A stretch of DNA of 64,000 nt from Vermamoeba vermiformis (lineage: Eukaryota), in the NCBI GenBank assembly GCA_045837725.1, contig JBEWZL010000261.1, positions 1 to 64,000 of the forward strand, in the 5' to 3' direction. The notes under the pieces were generated by a model. The model was not told the origin of the DNA. It did not search any database and saw only the letters and a program-made list of their open reading frames with translations. Positions 50,685 through 63,067 of the stretch are shown here, piece after piece; position 1 is the stretch's first letter; each line of letters begins with the position of its first letter. A program made the translations under genes and the position numbers.

Positions 50685-52210
50685 ATGCGTAACTTATTGC
50701 TCCTTGTTCTTGGATTCGTTGCTATCGCCAATGCAGGCTGGCAACTGACATTCGCAGACGAGTTCAATGGTCAAACATTGCTCAATACGACTGCTTGGCA
50801 AACGTCGTATTCATTCGCGCCAGCAACTATCAACGGAGAGCTTCAGTTCTACTCGCCTGGCGGTTTCACTTTTGGTTCTGATTATCTGCGCATCGTTGGA
50901 GAGAAAAAATCTATCAATGGATTCGATTATCAATCTGGACTCATTACCACTAATGGCAGATTTGTACAAACGTTTGGTTATTTCGAAATCCGCGCACGAT
51001 GGATGTCAGGCCGAGGACTATGGCCCGCTTTCTGGCTTTACGGACAATATACATCAATTTGTAAGTAAAATTATAGAATAAGTATAGAGGTTAAAGCGTT
51101 AATTACTAAACGCAATCAATTTGTTTCGGATCACATTGTGATTTTGACACTTGTCACCCGACTTGATTTATTTCCCGAATCTTACTAACGATATAATATC
51201 TACCAAGCTGGAGCTACCGAAATCGACATATTAGAAGCGCTGTTGCAAAATCCTGAGATAGCCCACTTGACTTACCACTGCAAAGATAAGACAGCAGTAT
51301 CAACGACTTACACTGGCAATGAACTTGCCGATCAAAGCTGGCACACGTACAGCGTGCAATGGAATCCAAACATCATCATTTGGTACATTGATGGCATTCA
51401 ACGCTTCAACACCACCACGTGCGTGCCCAGAGTATCCGATGTTCATTCTTGCCAACATGGCTATTGGTGGCTCTTGGCCTGGTCCTCCAAATGCCACAAC
51501 GCCATTCCCAGCGTATATGGATGTGGATTACATTCGTGCTTACAAGTACGTGTCATCGGGAGGTGTCAGTTTGACAGGTCCTGGCGAGGGCTTGCCGTTC
51601 ACAATGCCAACACTGCCCACCTTGCCCACCATCACCTTCGGAGCTCCTCCGACAGTGACACCAAACAATGCCAATCGCGGTGACAACGTGACCTTCACTT
51701 TCACTTTTACGGTCGAGGGCACTACTAGTCTCCTCACGCCAATGGTTGCAATGTACGTGCAGAGCTGGATGAACACTACGACCAATTTCATCTCTCGTTC
51801 CACGCAACTGTCTACATTGGCTGTCGGTGCCACGCACACAGTGAGCTACACGGTGACTATTCCTGACACTCTTGACGACGGCTACTACCGCGTTGTGTTT
51901 GGCGTGTGGAACAATACTTGGGGCAATGGTGTGTTTTGGCAGAATAGCGTTGCCGAGCTTGGTATCAATAGTATCGTTGGTGGTAGAGGTAAGTCACCCG
52001 GATCCAAGCGATTTGAAATTTAACGATAATTGTTTAGAAATGCCCGTTGTTCCTATCGACAATTCAACTCCTACTGCTGCAAATTCTCCTGCTGCCAATG
52101 GTAATACGCCAACAAAAACGCCTACAGGTCTTGTTAACAGCACGGCCAATTTTGTTGGATTCGGATCCGTTGTTGTTTTGCTTTCTGTTGTTCTCGCACT
52201 TGTACTCTAG
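50685..52210 (+). CDS. GH16 glycoside hydrolase copy 2 (1-bp frameshift near 51427)
   Basis: Same motifs as copy 1 with EIDILE. GTGCCCAGAGTAT has one extra base compared with the paralogues. Confidence 0.85.
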
Positions 52211-52251
52211 TTAATAAATAGGTTTTTTATTGGCATTATTCTATTATTTAG

Positions 52252-54019
52252 CTAAGAATAAGTGCATTTATGGCTCACCAAAAACTGTGAGATACCAAAC
52301 GAGTCAACTTTTCCCTTAAGACGCCTGTATCCGCAGAAAAATGCAGCTTTTGCAAGCTCACCAACTTGGTCAAGTAAATCCCTGTCACTCCTCCGCTCGT
52401 TGTAGGAAACTCTAACCTTGTCAAATTCGTTAACACGGACAGCGAGCCGATAAATTCTTCCGAATCCACTCCCCATACTTCCAAGTGCTCCAATCCTCGT
52501 AAACTCGTACATAAATCGTTTATATGTTGCTGCAGTTCAATTTCCAATCTGGATAGGAGTGTCGGCGAAAATTAGGCCGAAGGAGGCTCAACAACGTTGG
52601 GTTGGTAAGACCGCGGTGGCGAGAGATCTCGTCTGGATTGTGTAAACCGCAGGGACGCTGGGTTACTGGAGAAATTCCAAGTCGTCAGGAGGTAATCCTC
52701 GGATTCGTTTTGGGCTGCATTGCAAGTACTTCAATGTCTCTAATTGGCCTAGCACTGTGTATATAGCCGAGTGCGTATATTTTGCCAGTAAATCGAGTTT
52801 CGTTAAATTTTTCAAACAAGTCAAAGCCTCGCAATTAGGAACATTGGTCCTCAAATCATCTACGTACAGTTCCAATAACGATGGTGTTTTGATTAAGTGA
52901 TCAAAGTTGATTGGTCGTGGAACGAATAATCGAGTGAGTTTCTGAGAATTTAAATATTGCAATCCTGATTCAACGAGTTGGTGCGTAAAAAGAGAGAAGT
53001 CTTCTAGTGCGGTCAATTCCGACAGAAATGAGCAGGCGTCTGTCGACATTGGGCAAGACAAGAATAAAACTTTCAAATTTTTGAGCTGTGAAAGTGATCC
53101 AATGTTTCGTGCACCATTATATAGAGTGACCGATAAAGCAGTTAATCGTGTCAAATAACCAACGTCTTCCCATAAATGCTCTTTTACATCCAAACTTTCC
53201 AAATTAGTCAGGTGCTTAATGTCGTACAAGAAATTTTGAGCTGTCACGCTGAGCTTTTTTAAGTTCGTGAAGTTGGTGATGTTGTCCAAATCGCTTTTCG
53301 TCACAATAGCATTCGATAGTGATATATTAAGTGAGGTTAAGCGAGTAGGGTTGGCTACCATCGATAACGCGTCTATAGTGCCTTGTGCATTGTAATCTAA
53401 GTGGCGCAAGTTGGTGTAAAGTGCGAGGTATTGAGGTGAAGCCACGGAAAGTGTTGTCAAATTTGTGAAGGCGCTGGTACCAATTATCGGCGTTATTTTT
53501 TGCAAATTCGTTAATACGTATAATTCTGAGGCATTTGTAAGGTTTTTGAATCTTCCAAAAGTATTAAATTGGAGACTGGTCAGATTCGTCAATCGGGCAA
53601 AATGATGGAAGGGAAAGTCGTCCGGTTCTGATACAATCTTATCTAAGGTTAGTCCAATAGGGATATTCTCGTAGTATTTTAGGAAATGTTGAACGATATC
53701 CGGGACGGTTTTGGGATTCGCAAAGTAGATCGTAAACTCGTCCAACTGAATGTACGAAAGCCAATATTTGTTGGTGGATCGCAATGATCGCTTAGTTTTG
53801 TCTTCAGTATATTGCAGAAATAGGTCAATAATTTCTTTTGGAAAGGAGTTGCGGATGTCGTCCTGAAAATTTATTTTAAAATTAATCACCAATGCCTACA
53901 GAAATATAAATCGATCCTCTTCTGTAAAATATTAGTTTGCTAATTTTTAAAATTAATTAGAATAATATTGAGCGCTTTGTGATTAAGAAACAACCTTCGA
54001 AATTTGTCGTACATACCAT
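52252..54019 (-). pseudogene. F-box-like + leucine-rich repeat protein, paralogue A; disrupted near 52560-52665
   Basis: ATG-only first exon, FPKEIIDLFL..RSLRSTNKYW, many LTNLxxL repeats. Stop at 52663, and LRR-like sequence continues in other frames. Confidence 0.65.
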
Positions 54020-54257
54020 TCTTATTTACATCGGTAAGTCCAAATGTTATTATATAGAAATAACACGCAGTAGTGTGTCGTTAGTGGATGAGATTTGTGG
54101 TTGTCTATCGATTTGGCGAACAAAAAGTTACGGATTTGATTTTATTTGAATAACACTGAAAAGTTAAGATTAGGTTTATTAGCAACCGTGTCTTTCGTAG
54201 TAATACAGATTAGGTTCTTACAACGTTATGAGCAATAAAAGTTCGGTTTGGGAGCCC

Positions 54258-56136
54258 CTACGAACTCAAAAACTTCCTGCGCAAAAAAGGAAATTTTTCG
54301 AGCCAAAAATCATCGGTCTTCTTTTCGTAGTATTTTCGAGCTGGTTTGCAAATAAATTCGAGATCTTGCAAGTTCGATAGCTTGGTCAAATCACCTCCGT
54401 AGGCTCCACGACATCTCTTTAAATATAATGTTGTTAACTTCGTTAATTCTACCAATGAATTGAATGTTTTCTCGCTGTACACATGCCAAACGCTCAAGTA
54501 CTCCAGATCCGTTAATTTTGGCATTAAATTCCATAAATGCTCGGAGTCATTGGTGTCGGTTCTAAATTTCAACTGATCATATAAAACCAGCTTTCGTAAC
54601 GGTAAATTTTCCAAGGCAGTAACGTTCGTCAAAAACACTTCAGCTGTCAACGCAAATTCCAAACTTGTCAAACGTGTCAAATAAGACAAGTCGCCGTACG
54701 TCACTGGTGAGGGTTGGAATGCTAGAGTAAGCTTTTCCAAATTAGTCAAGTGCTTGAACGTCAGATCTTCGGGCGTTAATTGCTTGTTGCCGCTAATTTC
54801 CAACGCTTTCAATGACTCCAAGTGATTAAGCACAGTACGTTGAGCTGATTCTATGAAATCTGACCGGACGGATAGGCTAGTCAAGTTTTTTAAATGAATG
54901 ATTGCATCGTAATTTGGCTGCTCGAGTCTTGCTCCAATATCCAATTCAACAACGATGTGAGCTCTTGACAGGTGATTTAAGTCAACTGCGCAATTAACAG
55001 TGAAGGCCAATTGGGTGAGATTCGAAGAATTCAAGTATTGTACCCCATCTGAAGCTTCATGAACAGAGCACGGGTGAAAACTCTCCAACGAAGTCAATGC
55101 CGACAACCATGAATAATCAGCTTCATTATAGATTTTGTCATTGAAACTTAAGGTCATGTACTTCAATTTGTGCAGTGCTGATAATACTCGGAGGGCAAAG
55201 TTAGGTTTTTCCGCGCTGAGCGTCAAGTGCGTCAACTGAGTCAGTTGTGAAATCTCGCTTCCAATCGAAATGTTCCTCAACACTAAGCTTTCTAGACTCG
55301 TTAATTGTGATATATAACTCGGTACGGAGTCTGTCGTGCGCAACTACAAGCCAATGAGCAACTGTTTCAAATTTTTGAATTGAGCGAGCATGTTGGCACC
55401 ATTTTCCACTGGTTCGTAGTTTGGTATTGTGCATAATAGGTAAGTCAATATGCTAGGGTTGGGGACCAGTGAAAATGGATCGACAGACGAGTCTAAGTAT
55501 TGAAGTGTTAAGGACCGTAGCTTGGTGTAATGTGCTAGTTGTTCAGGGTGTCGCGCTTTTCCGTTGAGTGCAGTTAAATTCGTTAAAGTGCTGCCAGCAT
55601 CAATCGCGGCAGAAAATCGTTGCAAATTCGTCAATGCATACAACGTTGATATTTTTGGAAGGTCTTCTCGAGGGACTTCTAGCGAGGTCAGTTGCGTCAA
55701 TTGGAGCAAGAGATGCGTTGGAAAATCTATGGCTTTAGGAGCGTTAACACTTTGCAACTTGATTCCAATAGGAATATTGTCATAACATTTTGAAAAGTGC
55801 TGCACAATTGCTGGTAGATTTTTTGGATTTGGGAAGTAGATCGTAAACTCGTCCAATCTGATGTGCGAAAACCAATATCTGTTCGTTGACCTTAACGTTC
55901 TCTTCGTTTTGATATCCATCATCGAAATTACCACGTCGATAATCTCTCGCGGAAAATGTTTCTGCAAGACATCCTGAATTTTTATTATTATTATTAAATT
56001 AAAATCAATAAAAAATGCTCATCGAAGGCATTTAAAAATTATTGTAGGTATCATTTATAAATTATAAACCATTTTAAGCAATTTTTTGGTGAAAAGAAAA
56101 ACCGTTAACTTTTAAGAGAGATCTGAAGCCTACCAT
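54258..56136 (-). pseudogene. F-box-like + leucine-rich repeat protein, paralogue B; in-frame TAG at 55344-55346
   Basis: ATG-only first exon, FPREIIDVVI..RTLRSTNRYW. ORFs 55344-55967 and 54258-55343 abut in the same frame across a single TAG. Confidence 0.65.
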
Positions 56137-56280
56137 CGTGGTTACCGATTCGATTTCTACGAATTTTGATTATATTTTAATCGGTTTGTAGTAAAATATG
56201 GAGCTTGCTGGTCCACAACCTGCTTCTGCAACGAACTTAAGTCTTGAACGGAAGGTTTGCCCATTTTGCTCGTTAGAAAT

Positions 56281-57185
56281 TTACACTTTTATTTTAGGCC
56301 CAGCATAAACAAACTCTTCCATACCAAAATTAGCGGAGGAGGGCGCTAAGACAACTTGTTCTTTCGAAATCCGCGTTTGGATCTTGTAGTAGTTGCAGTT
56401 TCTTTCCACAAAATCGTAGGGCGGGGTCAAAATATCGAAAAATATAGCGTCACTTAAGGCTGTAATTGTATGCACGTTATATTTGTCTGAAATATCGAGG
56501 TTAAAAATAGAAGCAGCAAGTCATCAGTTGGATCTTACTTGGTAGTAATACAAAGGGCTCAGCGCCAAATTCAATAGTCTTTTCTAATGATAGATGGGCC
56601 TCTAATAATAATAATTGTTAATTCATCGCTGTTAGAAGATCGGTAAACCGGATCAAGCGTTTTAAATCACTTCAAAACCGGTTGTAAGAGGTGCAATTGA
56701 TAAATTATGTGCTATATACATACCTCTTAAATATGAATCCGTTTGATCCTTCCAATCGTACGCAGTTATCCTGATTGATCCGAATAAAACTTTGGTGAAC
56801 ACCATCATCGAAGGATGGTCCTAAAATAATTAAAATAAATTACTTAAATATTATTTCAAAAATATACCGTTAATATTATCAATTGGGCCACTGAAGTTTA
56901 TTAATTATCAAAAAATATAATTATACTTACGTGAATTGGCATTACGCTGCCTTTTGGCATGGCAAAGACATCCATATCAAATTCTTTGCCTTTATAAATA
57001 CTAGCAGCTTTAATTGACGGCGAATCTTTCACGAACAATTTCGGCTTGTGTCGATCTAAATCTAGATCTGTCGTTCTAAGCTTATGTAAGTGCGATTTTA
57101 GCGTATTAATATCGCCTGCAGGTATGCTTAGTGCATTGGGATGCTTTAGTAGCAACCTTGCTTGGTTAAACACTTGTTGCAACAT
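56281..57185 (-). CDS. Cysteamine dioxygenase / plant cysteine oxidase (PCO_ADO cupin)
   Basis: Motifs MPIHDHPSMMVFTKVLFGS, AYDW, NVHTITA and FFDILTPPYD..RNCNYY. Confidence 0.9.
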
Positions 57186-57375
57186 GTTTTGATTATTTGA
57201 TTTTCTATTTTCAAATGAGCACGAAGCTCTTGGCCTGGCCCTCAATGAATATTAATTTATAGTATTTAATATATAGTCATGTTAGGAAGAATCGGAGCTG
57301 CAGCGGGATGTTGTGCTAGGAGCAGGATTATTAGATCGGATGTTCAAACCAGTTCATCGTTATTTCAATTGAACA

Positions 57376-58556
57376 ATGCTACGAAAAAATTGGTAAATAA
57401 TTTAATGCAACTATGCATTAATATATTGCCTTAATTGGTGCTCACAGCGGTTACCTGTAATTAATGACATTTTTTTTAGGATCTGCTTTGCACGCGTCAA
57501 ATTGCTGGGTGCTTCATATTAAAAAGAAACAACCGATCAAAATTGACTCGATTTTATTCTACACGAACAGCAGCTCATCCAGTTATTAATTCAAACTACA
57601 TCCGACCACCGTTAATCAAATCAATAGGCCAATATTTACTATGGACGCCATGCTTAGTATTATCAACAGCATTAGCGCTATTATTAAAGCCATTTCCAAG
57701 GGTGCAATACGACGCAGCAACCAAACTGTTGGTTGGATCCACGAAGAAAATATTTAACGTAGAAATCGTTGTCGAAGATAAGAACAAAAATTATAATAAT
57801 GCTCCTTATTTATTTTGCATATTAAATCAAAATAGTCTTTTAGAGGTGAGTCAAAACGAGATCTTTTGGTTTGCCATCGCCATTTTACACAAACTAACAG
57901 AGACTGAATCTAGATGATTATTTATTATGCAGCTGCGCCGATACGTGTTAAATTAATACAAAATATAGAATTTACAGTGATACCTTTCTTTGGGTAAGTC
58001 GACATTTGACTTAACGGATCTGACCATGTTTTGACAGATGGATCTCGGCGTTGTTGGGTTCAGTTACGATTATAAGGCAAATAACAAAGCAAGCCCACCG
58101 AGGTATATACTTCTATATAATATTAAGTTTTAATAAGTCAATTTCTAATGTCGGTTTAGGGATGAAAAAAGTAGCCTCGACAATCCGCGAAAAAAACGAT
58201 AATTTCGTAGTGAGCGTTGAAGGCAGGCGATCAATTGATGGTCAATTATCTCCATTTAAGAAGGTAAGTAGTTATGTACCTCCTCATTATTAATATTAAA
58301 TAAGAAGATGACATTAATTTTATTTAGGGACCAGCGATTGTAGCAATAGATTCTAAAGCGCGGAGTAATTCCGGTCACGTTACAAGGCGCACGTGACATT
58401 TTGCCGTTCGGTGAATGGCGGATTAATAGCGGAAAAGTTATCGTTACGCTGCATGAGCCCATCGACACAAGTTCATTGACCTTCGCGGATCGAGATGTTG
58501 TCACGAATCAAATGCGAGAAATTGCAGAAAAAGAGTTCATAAAGCATAGTAGTTAA
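57376..58556 (+). CDS. PlsC/LPAAT-like acyltransferase with presequence-like N-terminus
   Basis: Motifs IPFFGW, VEGRRS.DGQLSPFKKG, VIPVTLQG and VTLHEPIDT. Motif I reads LNQNSLLE. Confidence 0.8.
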
Positions 58557-59189
58557 TATTACAACTTATTGGCAGTCATCCTGGTGCACCAGAAGCTTCA
58601 GGTAGACATACTTGCTGCCACAAGCGCTGTTGGCTGTGAATGACAACCTGCTGGATCCAAAGTTAGAGAGGTGCGCAATGAGCTAAAGCAGGTACGAAGG
58701 AGCGCGTAAGTGACTAACCACCGCTTTTTTCTTTCTCTTTGTCTTCGCGCCTAATTGTTTTGATAGATGTCGATTTGGAGGTGATTTGGACTCAAGTCTT
58801 CGACGCTTATGTCATCAATGAGGCCGTTAATATCGCCAGTAGTGATCATTGACACATCAGCTTGTCATGGCACCTGCGAAGAAAGGTGTTTCGATTGCCT
58901 CACCCGCGAAACAATCTCGTACAACCGTGCGCGCAACTCCTTCACCGCCAAAAGAGCCCATGAAGAAAAAAACCGAAGGCTAAGAAAGCCCCGCGGTTTG
59001 AGAACGTGATGCTCCTTTGATGACATTCCTGAACCGCGAGGAGGTTTGTTTATCGTTTTTTTCCAAATATGGCAAAGTTTGTGTTGTGTAACGTTGTTTG
59101 GCACGTGCCAAAGGTCCACCTTTCACGAATTAAATTGGGTCATACCGTGCTTATTTACTGTATCCAATGCAACACATATAGCGCGACAT

Positions 59190-60735
59190 ATGTTCTCAAA
59201 TTTATTTATATGTTTATTATTGTTTGGCATTGGTTGCAGAAGCGTCGTGATTACAGATGTGACAACCGAATCTAGTTGGACTTTTGCAACCGTTCCATTT
59301 AATCCTCAATCAAATCAAACTAAATATGCACTTCAAAATAATATTACAGCAGAGTTGGTTTACTTAGAGGAGTCCATCTGTCAAAAGATCGAGCGAGACG
59401 TTGCGAACAAAATTGTCATTTTTCAAGACGGCCAATGCGACTATTTATCCGCTGTAAATAATTTAATTGATTCGCAAGCCTTGGCTGGATTATATTTTGC
59501 AACAGTATTTCGAGAGCCTGGATGGTTCTTGACGAGTGACAAGAAGATTGCGACAGTAGATTATCCGTTATTTGAAATATCGAGACAAGATGCACTTGTT
59601 GTTATAGAAAATTTACAAGCCAATTACAGCGCGACTGGATTCACAATGACCAATTTAAGCGTAAGTCATGTATTGAATCAACGTCAAATGGAATAACTCG
59701 AATCGTCATATCATTTTACGGTGTATTAATGTTCGATCAAGCTAATTTTTATTGGAACAAGGCGACGCTGGATGCAAATCCAAATCTTTGGCTACAGGCT
59801 TTCAATCATGGAGCCTTCTGGTTCTTTTGGCTATTCTTCTTTGCTATCGTTGGATTCTCACTAGCTTATGCATTGTACAAGTTCATTGCAATTATCCGCA
59901 TCCGAGGAGTCAATTTTAGAACGGGATCACCCGGATCCGTTCCGCAGATAACGCTACTCCTCATCATACTGTGCCTTCTTTTTCTATGGGCTACAAATAT
60001 CGATCCTTTCTATTCTCGAAGACTATATACGTACCAAGAGAGCGAGTGTGTCGCCGGATTTACCCTTCCGATCCTGCTGGTCTCGTGCATCTTTACTGCG
60101 ACATATTGGCTGCAATTAACGAGCAAATTTTTCTACGCGGCTCGTTGGGTCACGCGCTACAAGCTCGTCTTTTGGCTCGCTGCTGGTGCCATCAGTGCGG
60201 TCTACGTGATCTTGGTTTTCCTTCGAGCTTTCTATGTCTTGGATACTGCAGCCTCATTCATTATCGCATTCTTATTCGAGGTAGCAGTTATTATATTCTA
60301 CATCGTAGTTGGCGTCAGGGTAATTCGAAGATTACAAGGCAAAAATGCTGCATCCAACGCACGTGTTGTTTCAGAGAACAAAAAGAAAGTTATATTAAAG
60401 GTAAGCGCATATTAATATCATGTTAATGCGTGACTTACATATTAAAATAGGTTACTCAAGCGATCTTACTTTGCAGTGGCGGATTAGCTTTACACGCGAT
60501 AGCGGCACTAATTTTTCTCGCGGTGAATTTCTCAACGGCATTTCGAAGTCCTATAGCTCAAATCACTATCTTATATACATTCCCTTACGCTATAATGTTG
60601 ACAGCTAATGCACAAACATACGCGATTCAAGTACCAACTTCGAACGGCTCATCAAAATCCACAACCGGTGGAACGCACGACCGTAGCAACAGCATTGGTG
60701 GCTCACAGATGACTCCTCGTGCATCTAAAATGTAA
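59190..60735 (+). CDS. Signal peptide + PA-like domain + multi-pass (about 7 TM) membrane protein
   Basis: PA-like NKIVIFQDGQCDYLSAV..ALAGL segment, followed by serial hydrophobic helices in ORFs 59729-60415 and 60523-60735. Confidence 0.65.
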
Positions 60736-61160
60736 ATAAATCGATTGGTTTAACGTCTTCAGCTATTTTTGAAATCAAAGGCAACAATCTTGTACCGCGC
60801 GATAGGCGATAAAAATTATTTAGGATTTATTCGAATCTGTTGTGCCACGTGCCTGTGTATTTACAACGAATTTTCCTCGCGCGAAATTTCACTGTGGCAA
60901 AGTTACTGTTTCGCCAACGGTGCATAAAAATTTTAAACCGGAGTATGACGACCCCAGTGAGTTAAAACACCTCGCGGATGGATAGTATGTTATAATATGC
61001 TCATGTTATGTTACCATTAGAATTTCCATTCTTGAAACGCTGTCAACGAATTTATGAATAAAACATAAATTTTATCTTTTTAATTTTATCTTTTTAGTAC
61101 AAATTCAAAATTATTCGGCGTTGTTTTCATCTTTTGTAATAACATATTCACAGCAACACA

Positions 61161-62729
61161 ATGCGCAGCACTGTATTTTTAATCCTTGTTGTTCTCGGAT
61201 GCACTGCAGTTGCTCGAGCTGGATGGCAACTTACATTCGGTGACGAGTTTAATGGTCAAACAGTGCTTAATTCTACTGCTTGGAGAACTTCATACACTTT
61301 TGCGCCACTGCCTATTAACGGAGAGCTTCAGTTCTACTCGCCTGGCGGTTTCACTTTCGGTTCTGATTATCTGCGCATCGTTGGAGAGAATAAATCTATC
61401 AATGGATTCGATTATCAATCTGGACTTATTACTACCAATGGAAGATATACACAAACTTTTGGATATTTCGAGATCCGATCTCGGTGGACTTCTGGTCGGG
61501 GCCTGTGGCCCGCTTTCTGGCTTTACGGGCAGTATGGAATGTGTAAGTACATTATACAGCACGAACCACTCCTATTAATTTCAGTTTCAAATCGAAAGTT
61601 GATTTCGCATCCGAATCTACTGATAACTACTAATTTTTGATCAATAGCAAAAACTACTGAAATCGACATTCTAGAATCTCTGTTACAAAACCCTGAAACG
61701 GCCTATTTGACCTACCACTGCGAAGATGGAACAAAACAGTACGCATCGTACACCGGAAACGAACTCGCGGATCAAGAGTGGCACACTTTTAGCGTGCAAT
61801 GGAATCCAAACATCATCATTTGGTACATTGATGGCATTCAACGCTTCAACACAACCACGTGCGTGCCAGACTATCCCATGTTCATTCTTGCCAACTTGGC
61901 TATCGGTGGTACTTGGCCTGGTCCTCCAAATGCCACAACGCCATTCCCGGCTTTTATGGATATGGATTACATTCGTGCTTACAAGTATGTGGCCTCAGGA
62001 GGTGTCAGTTTGACTGGTCCTGGCGAGGGCTTGCCGTTCACGATGCCGACATTGCCTGCCTTGCCGCTGGTCTCCTTCGGAGCTCCTCCGACAGTAACGC
62101 CTAACAACGCTAATCGCGGTGACAACGTGACCTTCACTTTCACTTTTACTGTTGGGGAACCTGGTTTGACCACTCCTGTAGTAGCAATGTACGTGCAAAG
62201 ATGGATGAACGGTTCTGAATCGCCCATTTCTCGCAACACTAACTTGGACTCGTTGACTGTCGGTACTACACACACAGTGAGCTTTACTGCTACGATTCCT
62301 GACTCAATGGAGGACGGTTATTACCGCGTCATTTTCGGTGTGTGGGACAACAATTGGAGTAAGAACGTTTTCTGGCAAGATTGTGTCGCTGAACTTGGTA
62401 TCAATAGCATTGTTGGTGGTCGAGGTAAGCCAGGTCACCGATACCAGTGGCCGTCAGATTTTTCTTATTTCGAACTAACTTATTGTATTTTATTAGAAAT
62501 GCAACAAGTTTCTCCTGTTGACGGAACCAGTCCAAATGGAAATTCCAACAATCCTATTGATGGATCTAGCCCTAGTGGTGGTTCTAATAATCCTGTTGAC
62601 GGATATACTCCCAATGGTGGTTCTTCTAATCCTTCGAAATCTCCCTCTGTTCGTCCCAGTACGGCCAGTTTTGTTGGATTCGAATTCGTCGTCCAATTTT
62701 CTATCGCTCTCATCGCGCTTATATTGTAA
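61161..62729 (+). CDS. GH16 glycoside hydrolase copy 3 + Ig-like domain + S/N/P linker + GPI-type tail
   Basis: Same motifs with EIDILE and the same two intron positions as copies 1 and 2. Confidence 0.9.
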
Positions 62730-63067
62730 TGTATTACAATGCCGTTTTAATATCTTGTTGTCACTTTTAAATAAACAAGTGCATGTCGATGCAGCGTATT
62801 TCTCTCAAAGATAGATAAATCGTGCTATATTGTCACCGTCCATTGCATTTGTTGCTATTGAAAGCATCGTTAAATTCTTAAGCCAGTAAATTCTTCATTG
62901 ATAAACACCTCCTTCATTTTAAGTGGTCATCAATTCCAACAGCGATGAAATTCTCGCTAGCTGCAATGTACTTGACGGCATTGATGTACCATGCTTCTAT
63001 GCTATTAATATTCGTTTTGGTCGCACTGAAGTTGCTTGGTCGGAGTCTCGTTTGAGGGATCATGTCC

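Noticed and set aside
52560-52665. GC-richer segment suspected to be a foreign insertion or ribozyme
   Set aside because: An alternative minus frame reads GLTNPTLLSL, LRR-like, so it is more likely degraded coding sequence.
55344-55346. Alternative genetic code (TAG reassigned)
   Set aside because: Other genes end at TAG (38390, 52210), and long exons elsewhere lack in-frame TAG/TAA.
58560-59120. Short overlapping ORFs between the acyltransferase and the PA-domain gene
   Set aside because: No recognisable motifs or consistent exon structure.
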